A DNA stretch of 64,000 bases from Octopus vulgaris. Its lineage: Eukaryota. The position numbers were made by a program, and so were the translations under genes. The stretch covers positions 55,800,001 through 55,864,000 of the forward strand of contig OX597830.1 of assembly GCA_951406725.2 (NCBI GenBank), given 5' to 3'. Below, one piece after another: positions 50,078-62,899 of this stretch. The notes under the pieces were generated by a model. That model ran no database searches. It saw only the letters and a program-made list of their open reading frames with translations, and was not told the origin of the DNA. The stretch's first letter is position 1. Every line of letters starts with the position of its first letter.

Positions 50078-50625
50078 ATTGGGTTGTCCAGAAAGTTTGT
50101 GCCAGTTTTTAAAGGAAAGAAAAAGGTCAATAAATACTTGCTATTACATTTTTAATCAACCAAATATGAACCATTTTGTTGCACAACGCGTCTCCATCTT
50201 TCCTTTAACTTGAAAATACCCTCTTCCCAGAATTGAGGTGGTTTCATGGCAAAGAATTCATCAAGGTATCTTTTTACGTCATCCAAGGAATTGAAATTTT
50301 TACCATTAAGACTATTCTGCAGAGACCTGAATAAGTGAAAATCCGAAGGAGCAATATCTGGTGAATATGGTGGGTGGGGTTACACATCCCAGCTGAGCTG
50401 TAGCAATTTTTGTATGGTTCCCAAAGCATCAAGTGCCGAAAATGAACTTTCTTATCTTCCATTTTAAAGGGTTACAGAATTAACACACATTATAGGAACA
50501 TAAACCTTCTTCCACGAAAAGATAGCTTAAACTGTTCTCTAAATGGAGGTATAATCAAATCCTATTTTATGAACTCAACCATGTTCTAAAATAAGTCGAA
50601 AGGTGAGCTACTATAAATCGGCACT
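50078..50625 (-). mobile_element. Internally deleted mariner element
   Basis: TATTGGGTTGTCC end. MEDKKVHFRHLMLWE N-terminus fused to the HPPYSPDIAPSDFHLF region. Confidence 0.7.
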
Positions 50626-50644
50626 CTCTCTCTCTCTCTCTACA

Positions 50645-50998
50645 TTTCCAATATTTTTTATTTTTATTCAGCTCGCAAGTTTGTCTGTCCCTTTTAAATG
50701 TTAGTGTTTTGCTGTCTGCCTTGAAGCAGACCTTTCTGTTGTCACTGCCTGATATTTATGATTGATCTTTCAAAATATTTTCTTTCTCAACTTACTCAAG
50801 ATCATTTGTTGTTTATAAATGGGAGAGAGATAGGTAGAGAAAGACAGAGAGTAAGAGAAAGCGAGGGAGAGTCCGAGAGAAATGAAGAGTAAGAGAGTGG
50901 GAAAGTGAGAGAGAAAGTGGTGATAAAAAGCAGAAAGGAAGCAATAGAAAGTAACAACCACACTCTTACCCGCGCATAGAGCGGGTCACCTTAAGCTA

Positions 50999-50999
<1 letters not shown>
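50645..50999 (+). mobile_element. Helitron 3' fragment (family of 243-2275)
   Basis: Homologous to about 1635-1880 plus 2220-2275. ACCCGC-gcataga-GCGGGT hairpin and CTAG|T. Confidence 0.7.
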
Positions 51000-51041
<42 letters not shown>

Positions 51042-51136
51042 ATTCAAACAAGAAAGCACAAAAAAAACACAACAACGCGAGGACGTGGAACAAATATAGT
51101 ATTATTGGACGCTCAGGAAAGAAGGAAAGACGGAGG

Positions 51137-51170
51137 GTTTAACGTTTCGAGCGGAGCTCTTCGTCGAAAA
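51137..51170 (-). ncRNA. Minimal PLE-type hammerhead-like motif (non-canonical core)
   Basis: Minus: TCGACGA-A-GAGC-tcc-GCTC-GAAAC-GTT. Related motifs at 45751-45785 (-), 7916-7944 (+) and about 55465-55490 (-). Confidence 0.4.
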
Positions 51171-52369
51171 TATAGGAGAAGGAAAGATCCAGAGAAGGGA
51201 AGACAGACGAAAAAAAATCGCCAACGGTACACACGAGGTCACTGCACTGAAAATTGTGCCAAGTTACATCTGCAACTGGCCATAATCTGTGCAGTGAAAC
51301 ACGTGTAGGTCATAAAGACCATGAAAATATGCTGTATAAAATAATAAAATAAACAAAAATAAAGTTTGAGGATGAACAAGTCTCCATGTTCTGTATCATT
51401 AGTTTCTCTTATTAACTATCGAACTCGAAATAGATAAAGCTATAAATAATAACATGTACATATAGCATTATTATAGCCTTATTTACTTAGAGATTCACGG
51501 GTACAAGTTTAGAAATTCTTCTGACATAAATAATAAACATAATTATGTAGCAAAGCTTCAACAAGTAGAAAAGTATTCAATCAGCCAAAGGGAGTAAAGA
51601 TAATGCTATAACGAAAACCACAAATCTTGTTAGATACAGCTATCCAGGGTTTCCAATTTTAGGGACCATAATAAGAGACATTCAATGACCCTTTTGGCTT
51701 TAATCTGGAAGCTTAAAGATGGAACATGAAATGGAAAATCCTCCTGAAAGCCAGACCCAATATTAACAGGTCCAAAATTGTTCAGAATGTTCTCTTGCAA
51801 AACTATTTTTCTATTAAAGAACTTGAGAACTGCAAACAAAAACACAGAGTGGTTGGTGTTAAGAAGGGCATCCAGCAGTAGAAACATTGCCAGATCGGAC
51901 TGGAGCCTGGTGCAGCCTCCTGGCTTCCCAGATCCCAGTCAAACCATCCAACCCATGCTAGCATGGAAAACGGATGTTAAACGATGATGATGATGATGAT
52001 GATTTCAAGAAATACATCTTGTCGGAATTTAAAAGTAGACCACCAGACACTTAGCAAACCATAAACAACTTGTTTACATCTGCTTGACATTGAATTCGTG
52101 TAACATAGATTATCTCCCTTGTGTTGTTCTTCTGTTCTTCCTTACCAGTGTCTCTTGTTCAAACATCGTCTGCTCATAAGACAACTGACATGGTCTTGTA
52201 CTCAGCTTGAAAAATGGCAAAATAAATTAATATTTCAACCAGGAAACTATGAGTAACTGTATCTAACAAGATTTGTGGTTTTTATTTATAGCATTACATA
52301 TATATAGTCAATTTTTTGTTTCCCTAGATTTAAACTCTCAAGCCAAACAAGAAACTCCTATACATATAT

Positions 52370-53560
52370 ATATAAAAAAAACCAGTCATGTCACCCAACT
52401 ATAGTCTTTAAAAACCTGCTAACATTAGTAACAGGATATCAAATCTATCTTCTAAACAAATATTTGATAAGGCAGCCCCCTAATATAACAAAGCCTAGCT
52501 AACAGCAGCTTCAAAGATAAGGTATATTACACAACTCTTCAAGTAAAAATATGAATTGTGAAAATAGAGCTAAAATAGATGTCAGAAAATAATTTGTTTT
52601 GCCCCTTCTTTCTCCCTAAATGTTAAGACTAACATAGGTAAGAAATACCCAACACTTTTAGACAAACATTCCCCAATAAACCATAGCTCCAGGAAAATTT
52701 TTAACAGATGCTCAATTAAAATATCATGCATCTACTGCTCCAATATGAAGAACACTATAACTCATAAGAATCATCAAAAGCCCACTCCCAGTTGTAACTG
52801 TTGAGACCCTGAAACTTGCCCACTTCACCAGGCATATACAATAAACTTAATCATATATGAGGCAGAAGTGAGAGCAATACTTCAAGATAAATCAATTGAA
52901 AAGAAAAATTACATCTGGTTATGTAAAGGTGAATTCAAAAAACATTATACAAACCACCCATCTGGCACATCAACAAAAGTAATGCCGCTAAGTTGGCTAG
53001 CCATATATGAAATTTGAAGAGCAGCTCCATATCACATACAATTAAGGGGAGAATTGTGGAGAAATCTAACTCCTATGTCAATGGATCTAAGAAATGCAAC
53101 TTGTGCATAGCAGAAAGATCTTGTATTCTTCTTATATCCAATAATTCCAATACACTGCTTAATTCTAGATCTGAAATTTTTAGCAGGTGTAAACATATGA
53201 TCAATTTTCTTTTACGAAATTGGAGGACACTACCCACTCCAGACTGAATTGCTGTCTCACAGACTTTGACATATTTTCTTACTTTGTTCTATACCAGCTG
53301 TTTTAATTGAGATTTGTGCAATTAGGGAGGACGGGGATCTTAGTTTTCTTGATCTCATTTCTTTCTTCTTGTTCCATTTTTTGCATCAACCTTCAAGTTT
53401 TTTTCACATTTTTTTCATATTTTCTCACTGTCCAGCATCCTTGTTTTTAAAATATACATAACACAGAAATAGAGCCCGAAAGATTACTTGGAAATACATG
53501 ATGTATTTTATGAATATGCCTAGCTAAAGTATCATAAAAGCATGAAACTATTAAGAGCCA
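52370..53560 (+). mobile_element. Decayed Penelope-like retroelement (RT thumb, GIY-YIG endonuclease, 3' repeat)
   Basis: Fragments SCHPTIV.KN...FDKAAP, FSLNVKTNIGKK...LDKH, KIFNR, CNC.DPETCPL, IIYEAEV, YIWLCKGEFKKHYTNH, CNLCIAER...LLNSRSEIFSRCKH. Decayed CCGAAAGA...AAGCATGAAAC at about 53476-53550. Confidence 0.8.
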
Positions 53561-53883
53561 TGCTGGGGCACTGCTTTGAAGAATGTAGCTAAACAAATTT
53601 ATACTAGTGCTTATTACACTTCAAGTCTGGTACTTACTCTATAGGTCTCTTTTGGTGAACCACAACTTTACAGGAATGTAAACAAACCAACATCAGTTGT
53701 CAAGCAGCTGGAAGGATAAACATAAACACACACACAAACACATACAAGGCAGTTTTCCACATTCACTCACAAGGCACTGGTCAGTCTAGAGCTATAGTAG
53801 AAAGCACTAGTCCAAGATGCCATACAACAGAACAAAACTCAAAACCATTTGATTGCAAAGTAAGCTTCTAATCCACACATCCT

Positions 53884-53918
<35 letters not shown>

Positions 53919-55065
53919 TACATACATACATACATACATACATACACACATTTATATAGAAATAAAACATTATTGGTAGGGTACAGAATATTATATTCAT
54001 CATCATCATCATCATCACCATCGTTTAACGTCCGCTTTCCATGCTAGCATGGGTTGGACGGTTCAACTGGGGTCTGGGGACCAGGCCAGTCAGATCTGGC
54101 AGGATGCCCTTACTAACGCCAACCACTCCGAGAGTGTAGTGGGTGATTTTATGTGCCACCGACACAGGTGCCAGACGAGGCTGGTAATAATATTGGTAAT
54201 AATAATAAAGTTAGTCAGATGGAATTGTTCTGGAAGTTTATTTATATATCAATACAAAAAGTCTTCAGTTTTTCCAAAGAAATGAAGGAAAATAAAATAA
54301 AATAAAATAAAGCAAAATAAAGTAGAATATTTATATTGAGAATGCTTCTCCCACTAAGGGGCAGTCTCAAGAGTGAGATGAAAAAATTCTTAAATGTAAT
54401 AATGCAAATATTCTCCTTTATTTCACTTATTTTTATTTTATTTTATTCCATTTCATTTCATTGGAAGATTTGAAGACTTTCGATATGTGCATATAAAAGA
54501 ACAATTCAGTCATTTCTTCAGACTAATATTATTATTACCCATATATATTCATATATGGTTATATGAAACAATGAGAATGAGTGCTCAATACTGCATTGGT
54601 GGATAAAAGTTATTTTTTTATGGGTTAAGGCTACCAACGGTTTCATGTTAAGAGAAATCTCATAACAATTATGAAATCTGCTACATGGAACATCAATGTT
54701 CGTCTCCATCTTACATATACATACCAGCGTTACCAGTGTCACCTTACTAGCATTTGTGCTGGTGGCATGTGAACAAAACATTCGAGCGAGGTCATTACCA
54801 GTGTCGCTGGACTGACTCCTGTGCAGGTGGCACGTAAAAATCACCATTTGAGCATGGCCGTTGCCAGTACCGCCAGTCTAGCCCTCGTGCTGGTGGCACG
54901 TAAAAGCTCTCACTACACTCTCAGAGTGGTTGGCGTTAGGAAGGGCATCCAGCTGTAGAAACTCTGCCAGATGAGATTGGAGCCTGGTGCAGCCATCTGG
55001 TTCACCAGTTTTCAGTCAAAATCGTCCAACCCATGCTAGCATGGAAAGCGGACGTTAAATGATGA

Positions 55066-55108
<43 letters not shown>

Positions 55109-55320
55109 AGATGTGGTAGAAAGCTGACAACACAGGACTTCTATCTTTCTACATTCATACCTGCTGATAATAACAGTGAAAACAGCTTCAGACTATGCCC
55201 TACTCTCTTCAAAAAGAAAGATCACATGGATACACTGTATAAATTAGACATTGTGATAACAGTTGGAACTGGAATACCTCTGATCCTAGTTCAGTTGGGT
55301 CAAGGTTGACTAACAATATA

Positions 55321-55369
<49 letters not shown>

Positions 55370-55853
55370 TAATCCAAACATGAAAACACAAAGAGAAAAC
55401 ACAACAACGCAAGGACATGGAACAAATATAGTATTATTGGATGCTCAGGAAGGAAGGGAAGGAGGGTTTTACGTTTCAAGCGGAGCTCTTTGTATGTATG
55501 TATGTATGTATGTATGTATGTATGTATGTATGTATGTATGTATGTATGTATGTACATATGTATGTCTTTATGCTTGTAAATGTTCCCTCACTGCTTGATA
55601 ACCACTGTTGGTTTGTCTACATCCCTGCAGCCTAGTGGTTCGGCAAAAGAACTTGACAGAATACCTACCAAGTTCAAAAAAAAAAAAAGAAAAATGTACT
55701 GGGAACAATTTGTTCATCTACACTCTTCAGGGAAGTACTCCAGCATGGCCAGAGTCAAATGACTGAAACAAGAAAAAGACAACAAGAAAAAAAAAGAAAA
55801 GAAAAAGATGTTTAATGTGTTGACAGACACAACACAGTTGTTGCCACGGTTAC

Positions 55854-55972
55854 CTTTTAGAACCAAGGGCAGACCGTTCTTGTTGCTCCTTCCTGGCTTT
55901 GATCAGTTCATCAGCTCTTTTCATCTCATCTTCCATTGCTGTCATCTCTTCCTTCACCTGTTTCTTACGATC
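55854..55972 (-). CDS. DHX38: PRP16/DHX38 exon (DRKKQVKEEMTAMEDEMKRA...SALGSK)
   Basis: AMEDEM coiled-coil of the PRP16 C-terminus, ag/gt boundaries, phase 0/2. Confidence 0.88.
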
Positions 55973-57159
55973 CTGTAATGATAATTAATAACAGAATGGT
56001 AATAAAAAAAACAATAACAACAGTAATGGTTTCATATTGTGGTTCAAAACCAACAATTTTCTAGGGTGGGGTAAGCTGATTACATCAACCCCAGTGTTCA
56101 ACTGGTGCTTATTTTATTGAACAACATCAAAGAATCAAATGGAAATTGTAGTTGTGTTACCTGGGCCGGTGGCACGTAAAAAGCACCCACTACACTCTTG
56201 GAGTGGTTGGCGTTAGGAAGGGCATCCAGCTGTAGAAACACTGCCAGATCAAGATTGGAGCTTGGTGTAACCACCTGGCTTTTCAGACCCCGGATGAACC
56301 ATCCATCCCATGCTAGCATGGAAAACGGACACTAAACGATGATGATGATGTATGAGGGAGTCTTGTCTTGCAAGTTATTTGGTGGGCTCACTAGTGTTGG
56401 TGCCACAGTAAAAGTACCCAGTACCCCCTGTAAAATGGTTGGGTGTTAGGAAAAGCATCCAGCCATAGAAACCATGCCAAAGCATACACAGGAGCGCAGT
56501 GCCGTCCTCTTGCTCATCAGTTCCATTTTTAAACTATCCAACCCATTCCAGCATGGAAAGTATGCCAAGTGTATACAGTATAAAGATGTGAGCTACTAAG
56601 AGTTGATTGCAGTAGATTACAGGTCTGAGTTGGTTGATTCAGAACATGCCTTGTGCTCTGAGCAGTATTCAGGCTCTGAGCACGTGGTCTATTCAAATTA
56701 CAAAACTGGATGCTGATACAAGAGAAATCTTGAGAGAAAGGTAGATACAAAAAGTGGAAAGGTGAATAAAAATGGAAAAAGAAAAGAAGAAAATTAGAGT
56801 TACATCCCCTTTGACTAATATAATTTGGGTAGTTGTAGAATAAGTCAACAGAGAGAGAGAGGATCAAAGTCTGTGAAATAGCTACTCAATCCGGAGAGAG
56901 TGGTGCCCTTCAATTCCTCAAAAGAAATTTGCCCATATGTTTGCATTTGCTGAAAATTTCAGACGAGAAATTCAATAGTGTGGTAATACATCATCATCAC
57001 CACTGTAATTACTTAACCTCTGTTTTCCATATTGACATGGGTTGGATGGTTTTACAGGATCCAGCAAGTCAAAGCACTGCATAAAGCTCCAGTTTTCAGC
57101 AGAAGGATGCCCTACTTAATACCAACTACCTAACAGTGCATGTGTGTGTGCGTGCAAGC

Positions 57160-57190
<31 letters not shown>

Positions 57191-57225
57191 AAATCAAAAT
57201 AAGCAACAAGGATATCCAAGGTAGA

Positions 57226-57311
57226 ATAGTACAATTGTTTCATGCTACTTCATTTTATTAAACACTGTAAGTATTACATCAGTTTTAAAATGTTGAGCAA
57301 TCTTCAGCCAC
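57226..57311 (-). ncRNA. Hammerhead-like motif with long stem II, sense within a DHX38 intron
   Basis: Minus: GTGG-CTGAAGA-tTGCT..CATTTTA...TAAAATG..AGCAt-GAAAC-AATT-GTA-CTAT. Confidence 0.55.
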
Positions 57312-58039
57312 ATATAGAATTTCCCAATTAAACGGACAATGCACATTACATAAATAACCAATATATATATTGGTTATTTATGTTTTGGTTTATGTCTATC
57401 ACTGTTTGAGTTGCATAATAGAGGTTTTATCTCTAATTTATAATTTTATATATATATAGGCATAGCAATATTGATATCCAGCTGTTAGTACTTAGTATAT
57501 ATATATGTACGAAAAAAGCATCATGTAACTACAGAGCTTAATATCAATTAATTAATAAGAAAAGAAAGTAGTTAGGTTAACTACTTTCATTAGCTAACAT
57601 ATGTTTCCACTATAAGAAGCAGTGCACTCAGAGCTGAGTGCTTGTGTAACATCCTATACTTGCTTTAGTCAGACACACACACACAATTTCATCAGTATCA
57701 TCATCCTCATCATTTAGTATTCGCTTTCCATGCTGACATGGGTTGGACAGTTTGACAGGAGCTGACAAGTCAGAAGATTGCACCATACTCTACTATTTGT
57801 TTTTGGCAGGATTTTTGCAACTGGATTCCCTTCCTATTACCAACCCCTTTACAGAGTGGACTAGGGGCTTTTTATGTGGCACCAGCACCTGCAAGGTCTG
57901 ATTTGACATGGTTTCTATGACAGGATGCTCTTTCTAATGTCAACCACTTTTGGACATGAACTGGGTGCTTTTTACGAGGCACAAAACAACAGAGTTTTTG
58001 TCAATGCGGAGAGTCATGACTGGATTCTCCTGCTTGTGT

Positions 58040-58712
58040 GGTATGGTACAGAGTCTTGTTGCCAGACATAGGGTCTTCCAGCAGCCACCCTCTTGACTCA
58101 GGGCAACACTCACTCCTTCAGGCACTTGATGTAGGCCTTTGTGTTGAGACTGAAGCCGTGTGGAAAGATGAATGTAGGTATAAGGAGTTCTTTTCTTATC
58201 AGAATGATCAGAGTGTGTTTTCTGACAATTTCTCCAATCACAACACCCCTAACATCTGGCCACCTAACTCCCCAGATTGAAACATCATCATCATTTAATG
58301 TCTGCTTTCTATTCTGGCATGGGTTGAACAGTCTGACTGAGGACTGGCAAGCCAGGAGGCTGCACCAAGCTCCAATCTGATCTGGCAAGGTTTACTCCCC
58401 TTGATTATTATGTGTGGGCGCAATTGAATGAGAGGCCAACAAAACTTGTAGCACCAAAGATGAACTGAAGACAAGGATTACGGCAGCATTCATCAACTTA
58501 AACAAGGAGACTGTCCAAAAGAGTAGCAGCAGATCCCGAAGTGGTCTGGAAGCCGTGGTTGAAGCCAATGGCAATTTTATTAAATATATTTACTCTTTAG
58601 TATTTCAAGATATTTTTATGTAATTTTGGTAAATATATCTGTTAAAGTGAGATGTCAGTGTTATTTTCATTTTTGCCTAATTTAGACGACAATTTACTCT
58701 TTGCAACCTGTA
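58040..58712. mobile_element. Rearranged Tc1/mariner remnants plus SINE-B fragment
   Basis: WPPNSPD and ...NPLDYYVW fragments; ends GCAACCTGTA. Confidence 0.6.
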
Positions 58713-59130
58713 TATATATATATATATATACCTCCACCTCACTGTCTATTTATATCACATCGAAACTAACTATGAAGGGATATTGTAATTAATTAATATT
58801 CTAGAAACAGCTGTAAGACCTATCTATAAATGCTCTAATATCTATACAGCCTTGGTTTTTTTTTATCTCATTACACAAAAAATTCATATATATATATATC
58901 TCACACTGAGATTTCAACCTCTTTGATTTTAATCCAGTTGTAAACATACCTACCTGAGAAACCCTAGGTGGACCATGTCAGGATTAGTTTGTGTAGGTGC
59001 ACCCAAAACAAGGACCAAAGCTAAAATTGTCAAAATCTAAATTATCTGAGCAGGTTTGGTTTGGTTTGGTTAGTAAGATGGTAAGGGATTATAGGAAGAT
59101 TAGTGAAGTAATGACAGAAATTTGACTGAC

Positions 59131-59226
59131 CTGTCTTGACTTTGTCGAGTCCTTAATTGTATAAAACATTGGTCCCATCTCTGCTAGCCACTGACCATCC
59201 ACAGCAGTTACACATTGCATGTATTC
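59131..59226 (-). CDS. DHX38: PRP16/DHX38 exon ([32 protein letters not shown])
   Basis: End of the DEAH-helicase OB-fold, matching the PRP16 [19 protein letters not shown] motif. Phase 0/0. Confidence 0.93.
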
Positions 59227-60167
59227 CTGTAATAAAAGAAACAATTAAGGTTAATACCAAGTGGTGATGGTAAGTGCTGTTGGTAGCAATGGTTGTGAGT
59301 GGCATTCGTTGAATTATAAAGCCTACTTATTGTCTGGGGGCGTCCACACAACAGATAATAATGATAACAATGAAAATGAAGATTATGATGGAGGTGATTA
59401 CGGTGATGATGGTGGTTATGATGGATTTGTAATGATGCTATTCAAATTTTTTATCATTTTGCATCCACTTCCAAAATTCTGGAGATTTGGCAGGATTGAC
59501 AAAGGGAGTTGTAGATAACAGTGAGTGCTGCCCTAAATGTTTGTGCATTTGTCAGGGCCTGATATTTTTCAGGTTTTAGATTTCACAATTAGTTTTTTGG
59601 TGCCTGAAAGACGGAAGAAACAAATATGGCAAAATCATGGTCTAAGTGGGAAGTGAATATCTTTCGTTCTTTGTTCTGTTCCCGTCATCTTTGTATGGAT
59701 TTAGGAGCTGATTTTCAAGAAATGTCTGATAATGGTGTTTCTTTGATGTTGAAATAAGAGTACACTGACCCTCCTGAGAGTGTCTGCTGATTGGGTTATT
59801 AGGTGATTACACATCAAGTAGATGTAGTAGCTAGGTGAGTGGAGCAAAAGAGAATGTCTCAGATAGAGTTGGTGTAGTTAGCTTGGTAAGAATGGGTATG
59901 ATGTTATTTTCTAACTCCATATGTTATCAATATTGCTTTCTTACAAACTCGACAAATTTTGTGCACTGAGCTTTTGTCCCCAGCCACCTTAAACTATTAT
60001 CATGGGTTTTTCGTAACTTAACTCTTTAGCAATTGAACTTGTGACACCTGACATGTTTTATGTTTAACCAGCTAGATCTTGTTTCTCATACCTACCTTAC
60101 AATGTTATCCTAAAAGTAAACATTCATATCATTAAAAGCTGAAAACTATGAGATAAGGCATGATTAA

Positions 60168-60388
60168 CCTTTTAGCATTTAAACCAGCCACATCTGACCA
60201 AAATATTCTACCTGCTTTATGTTCAAACTGGCCAGATCCAGCCCCTCACACCTACACAACAATGTCACTCTAAAAAATAAACAATCACATCATTGAAAAC
60301 TCAAGGCTATGAGATAATGCAGGATTAATTGAAAACAATGTTAATAAATAAGCATTATATTTAATGGAGTTATCTGAATGCTAAAGGG
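60168..60388. mobile_element. piggyBac-like MITE (TTAA flanks), nested in an older copy of the same family (about 60020-60495)
   Basis: TTAA|CCTTTTAGCATTTAAA ... TCTGAATGCTAAAGGG|TTAA. Confidence 0.65.
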
Positions 60389-60723
60389 TTAATTCAAAAC
60401 TGCAAAAAAAATAATACTGTGTAATATGACTTTTGTCTCTGGGTAACAACTGTTATTTCCTATTTGCTTATCCCTAGAAAGTGTGACAAAGGGTTAATAT
60501 TGCCTTCAAACTTTGCTTTTGTTACATTTACTCAAATCCCAAAGAATCCCTCTCAATACATGGCTATGGTGCTCCTCCAACTACTCCTGCTCATAATCAG
60601 AGAGGCACATATCATCAGCCACTAAAGGACATACACAAGTGGTTGTGGTCAAGCAAGTGATCAGTGAATCTGTGGTATTGAGCAGAATATTTGATATAAT
60701 GGTATTTCTGTTTCAGCAAAAAA

Positions 60724-60942
60724 GCGGTGAGCTGGCAGAATCGTTAGCACACCGGGTGAAATGCTTAACGGTATTTCGTCTGCCACTACGTTCTGAGTTC
60801 AAATTCCGCCGAGGTCGACTTTACCTTTCATCCTTTCAGGGTCAATTAAATAAGTACCAGTTATGCACTGGAGTTGATATAATCAACTTAATCCGTTTGT
60901 CTGTCCTCTCTTTCTTTAGCCCCTTTTGGGTAGTAAAGAAAT
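60724..60942 (+). mobile_element. SINE family A with TSD GGTATTTCTGTTTCAGCAA
   Basis: Direct repeats at 60701-60719 and about 60943-60962. Confidence 0.8.
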
Positions 60943-61303
60943 AGGTATTTCTGTTTCAGCAACTCAGCACTGAATCTGTTTGAAATGTAATGAAAAATAG
61001 GTCAGTTACAAAACATTTATGTCCAGGTCACAAAAGCAAAGTCTAAAGGGAATAGTAGTCATTTCGTTTGATTTCTAGATAGAAGCAAATAAGGAATAAC
61101 ACTTACTGACCAAAGACAAAAAAAAAATCTTGATTTTGTTATGCAGAGTAATCCAAATACTTTCTTACTTGGACCCTTTTTTTACAAGTAAGCCATAGCA
61201 AGGGTAACCAGTTTAGGAGAAGAATAACTCAACAAATAAAATACAATGCAATGAGATAAATTAACAAAGTTTGATCAAGAGTGTCAGTGTATGAATATTT
61301 TAC

Positions 61304-61429
61304 CTTGGATGTCATAACCAATTCATGGTAGACAATATAGTCAGGATTGTAGCCCATGCCAAAGAGGGCGCTGGTAGGGTGCAAGTGACATGGCATCCCC
61401 GTTCGGCAGTTAACATATTCTCCGATGCC
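61304..61429 (-). CDS. DHX38: PRP16/DHX38 exon ([42 protein letters not shown])
   Basis: Highly conserved PRP16 OB-fold segment, cag/gta boundaries. Upstream exons lie beyond the window. Confidence 0.95.
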
Positions 61430-61503
61430 CTGAAGCAACAAAAATAATTGGTAAATATCACTGATATAATGAATGTAAAATAGAAAGCATGAAATGTAAA
61501 ATA

Positions 61504-62505
61504 TTGGGTCATCCCATAAATAATGCAGTTTTTTAATACTTCTTTTATTTTTCAAAATTAAGATAAACAAAGTTATTTTTTAATCTAAAATATTCTCTCC
61601 TTCATTTTCTACAATGCTCTTCCATCAATCTGGTAGACTTGCAAGACCCCTCTTCCAAAATTCACTTGTCCGTGATGAAAAATACTCCTCCAGTATTGTT
61701 CTGATCTCATCTACAGAATTCATATTTTTTCTGTCCAAATTATTTTGAAGACTGCAGAATAAATGATAATCAGATGGGGGTGATGTCTGGCAAATATGGT
61801 GGATGGGGCATTGTTTCCCATTCAAACTGCTCCAGCCTTTGGAACATCATCCTCGATGTATGTGGACAAGCATTATCCTGATGGAAGAACACCTTTCATC
61901 TTGAAACCAAAGATGGTCATTTTTCTTCTAGCGCTGACTTAAGTCACTCAAGCTGCTCACAGTAGATCTCCTTTGTTATCATTTGGTTTGGGTTTAAAAG
62001 TTCAAAGTGGACTAAACCTTTCATATCCCACCAAACAGATAACATCACCTAACGTGGGTGACGACCTTCTTTAGCCCGGGGTTCCACCAAGGTGTGCAGG
62101 ACATCATTGTTGAGCTCTACAGGTCTTCCAGGACAAGGCTCGTCTTCCAGGCTGTAATTTCCGGCTCGGAATTTCTAGAACCACTGTTGACAATGGCTTA
62201 TGCTTATTGTCTGCTCCCCCATATACTGCATTAATATTCCTCACACTCTCCATTGCATTGTTGCCTTTATTGAACTCATAAATCAAAATATGCCAAATAT
62301 GCTCCTTTGTAACTTCCATTATAGCTTTGAAAAAATAGCTGTTAAAATCAAACTGCACTCTTCCAAACTTGCACTGAGAATAAGTAAAAAGTTAAAATTA
62401 CTACCTGCTTTTATAGCAAGTTGATGCAGATAGTTAATCTCACCCCACTCTCTGACTTTTAGTTCATGCAATTGAAAAAACTGCATTATTTATGGGATGA
62501 CCCAA
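61504..62505 (-). mobile_element. Mariner element with intact TIRs and TA TSD; transposase decayed/deleted
   Basis: TA|TTGGGTCATCCCATAAATAATGCAGTTTTTT ... inverse|TA. MEVTKEHIWHILIYEFNKG and PSDYHLFCSLQNNL fragments. Confidence 0.85.
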
Positions 62506-62899
62506 TATATTATATACTGAGCTATAAATACACACAATGGTAAGGCATTGGTTCACCGTATTGTGTCCAAGACACTAAACTATCAGCAGTCCAGTCTACC
62601 TAGCTGTAAGTAGAAACCACAATGTGGTATACTTTACTATACTATGTCCTTAACTAAAACACTGTCAACTAAACAGTCCAATCAATCTGGCTGTATATGT
62701 AGGTATCACAGTGTGATACACTTCACTGTAATGTGTCCGTGACCAAGACATTTAACTGTCAACAATCCAGTCAACTTATCTACACTGTATGGTGTAGTTT
62801 ACAGCAGAACTGATGAGTAACATGTTAACCTGCAGCAGACCAACAACCTTTTCTTTAAATCCAGAGTAAGTTGGAGACCATCATCAGTGACCAATGTGG

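Noticed and set aside
59530-59900. Possible coding remnant on the minus strand in a DHX38 intron
   Set aside because: Multiple stops and no recognisable motif.
62560-62800. Three faint repeats of about 85 bp (TGTCC...CAGTC...CTGTA)
   Set aside because: Too degenerate to define a unit or function by eye.
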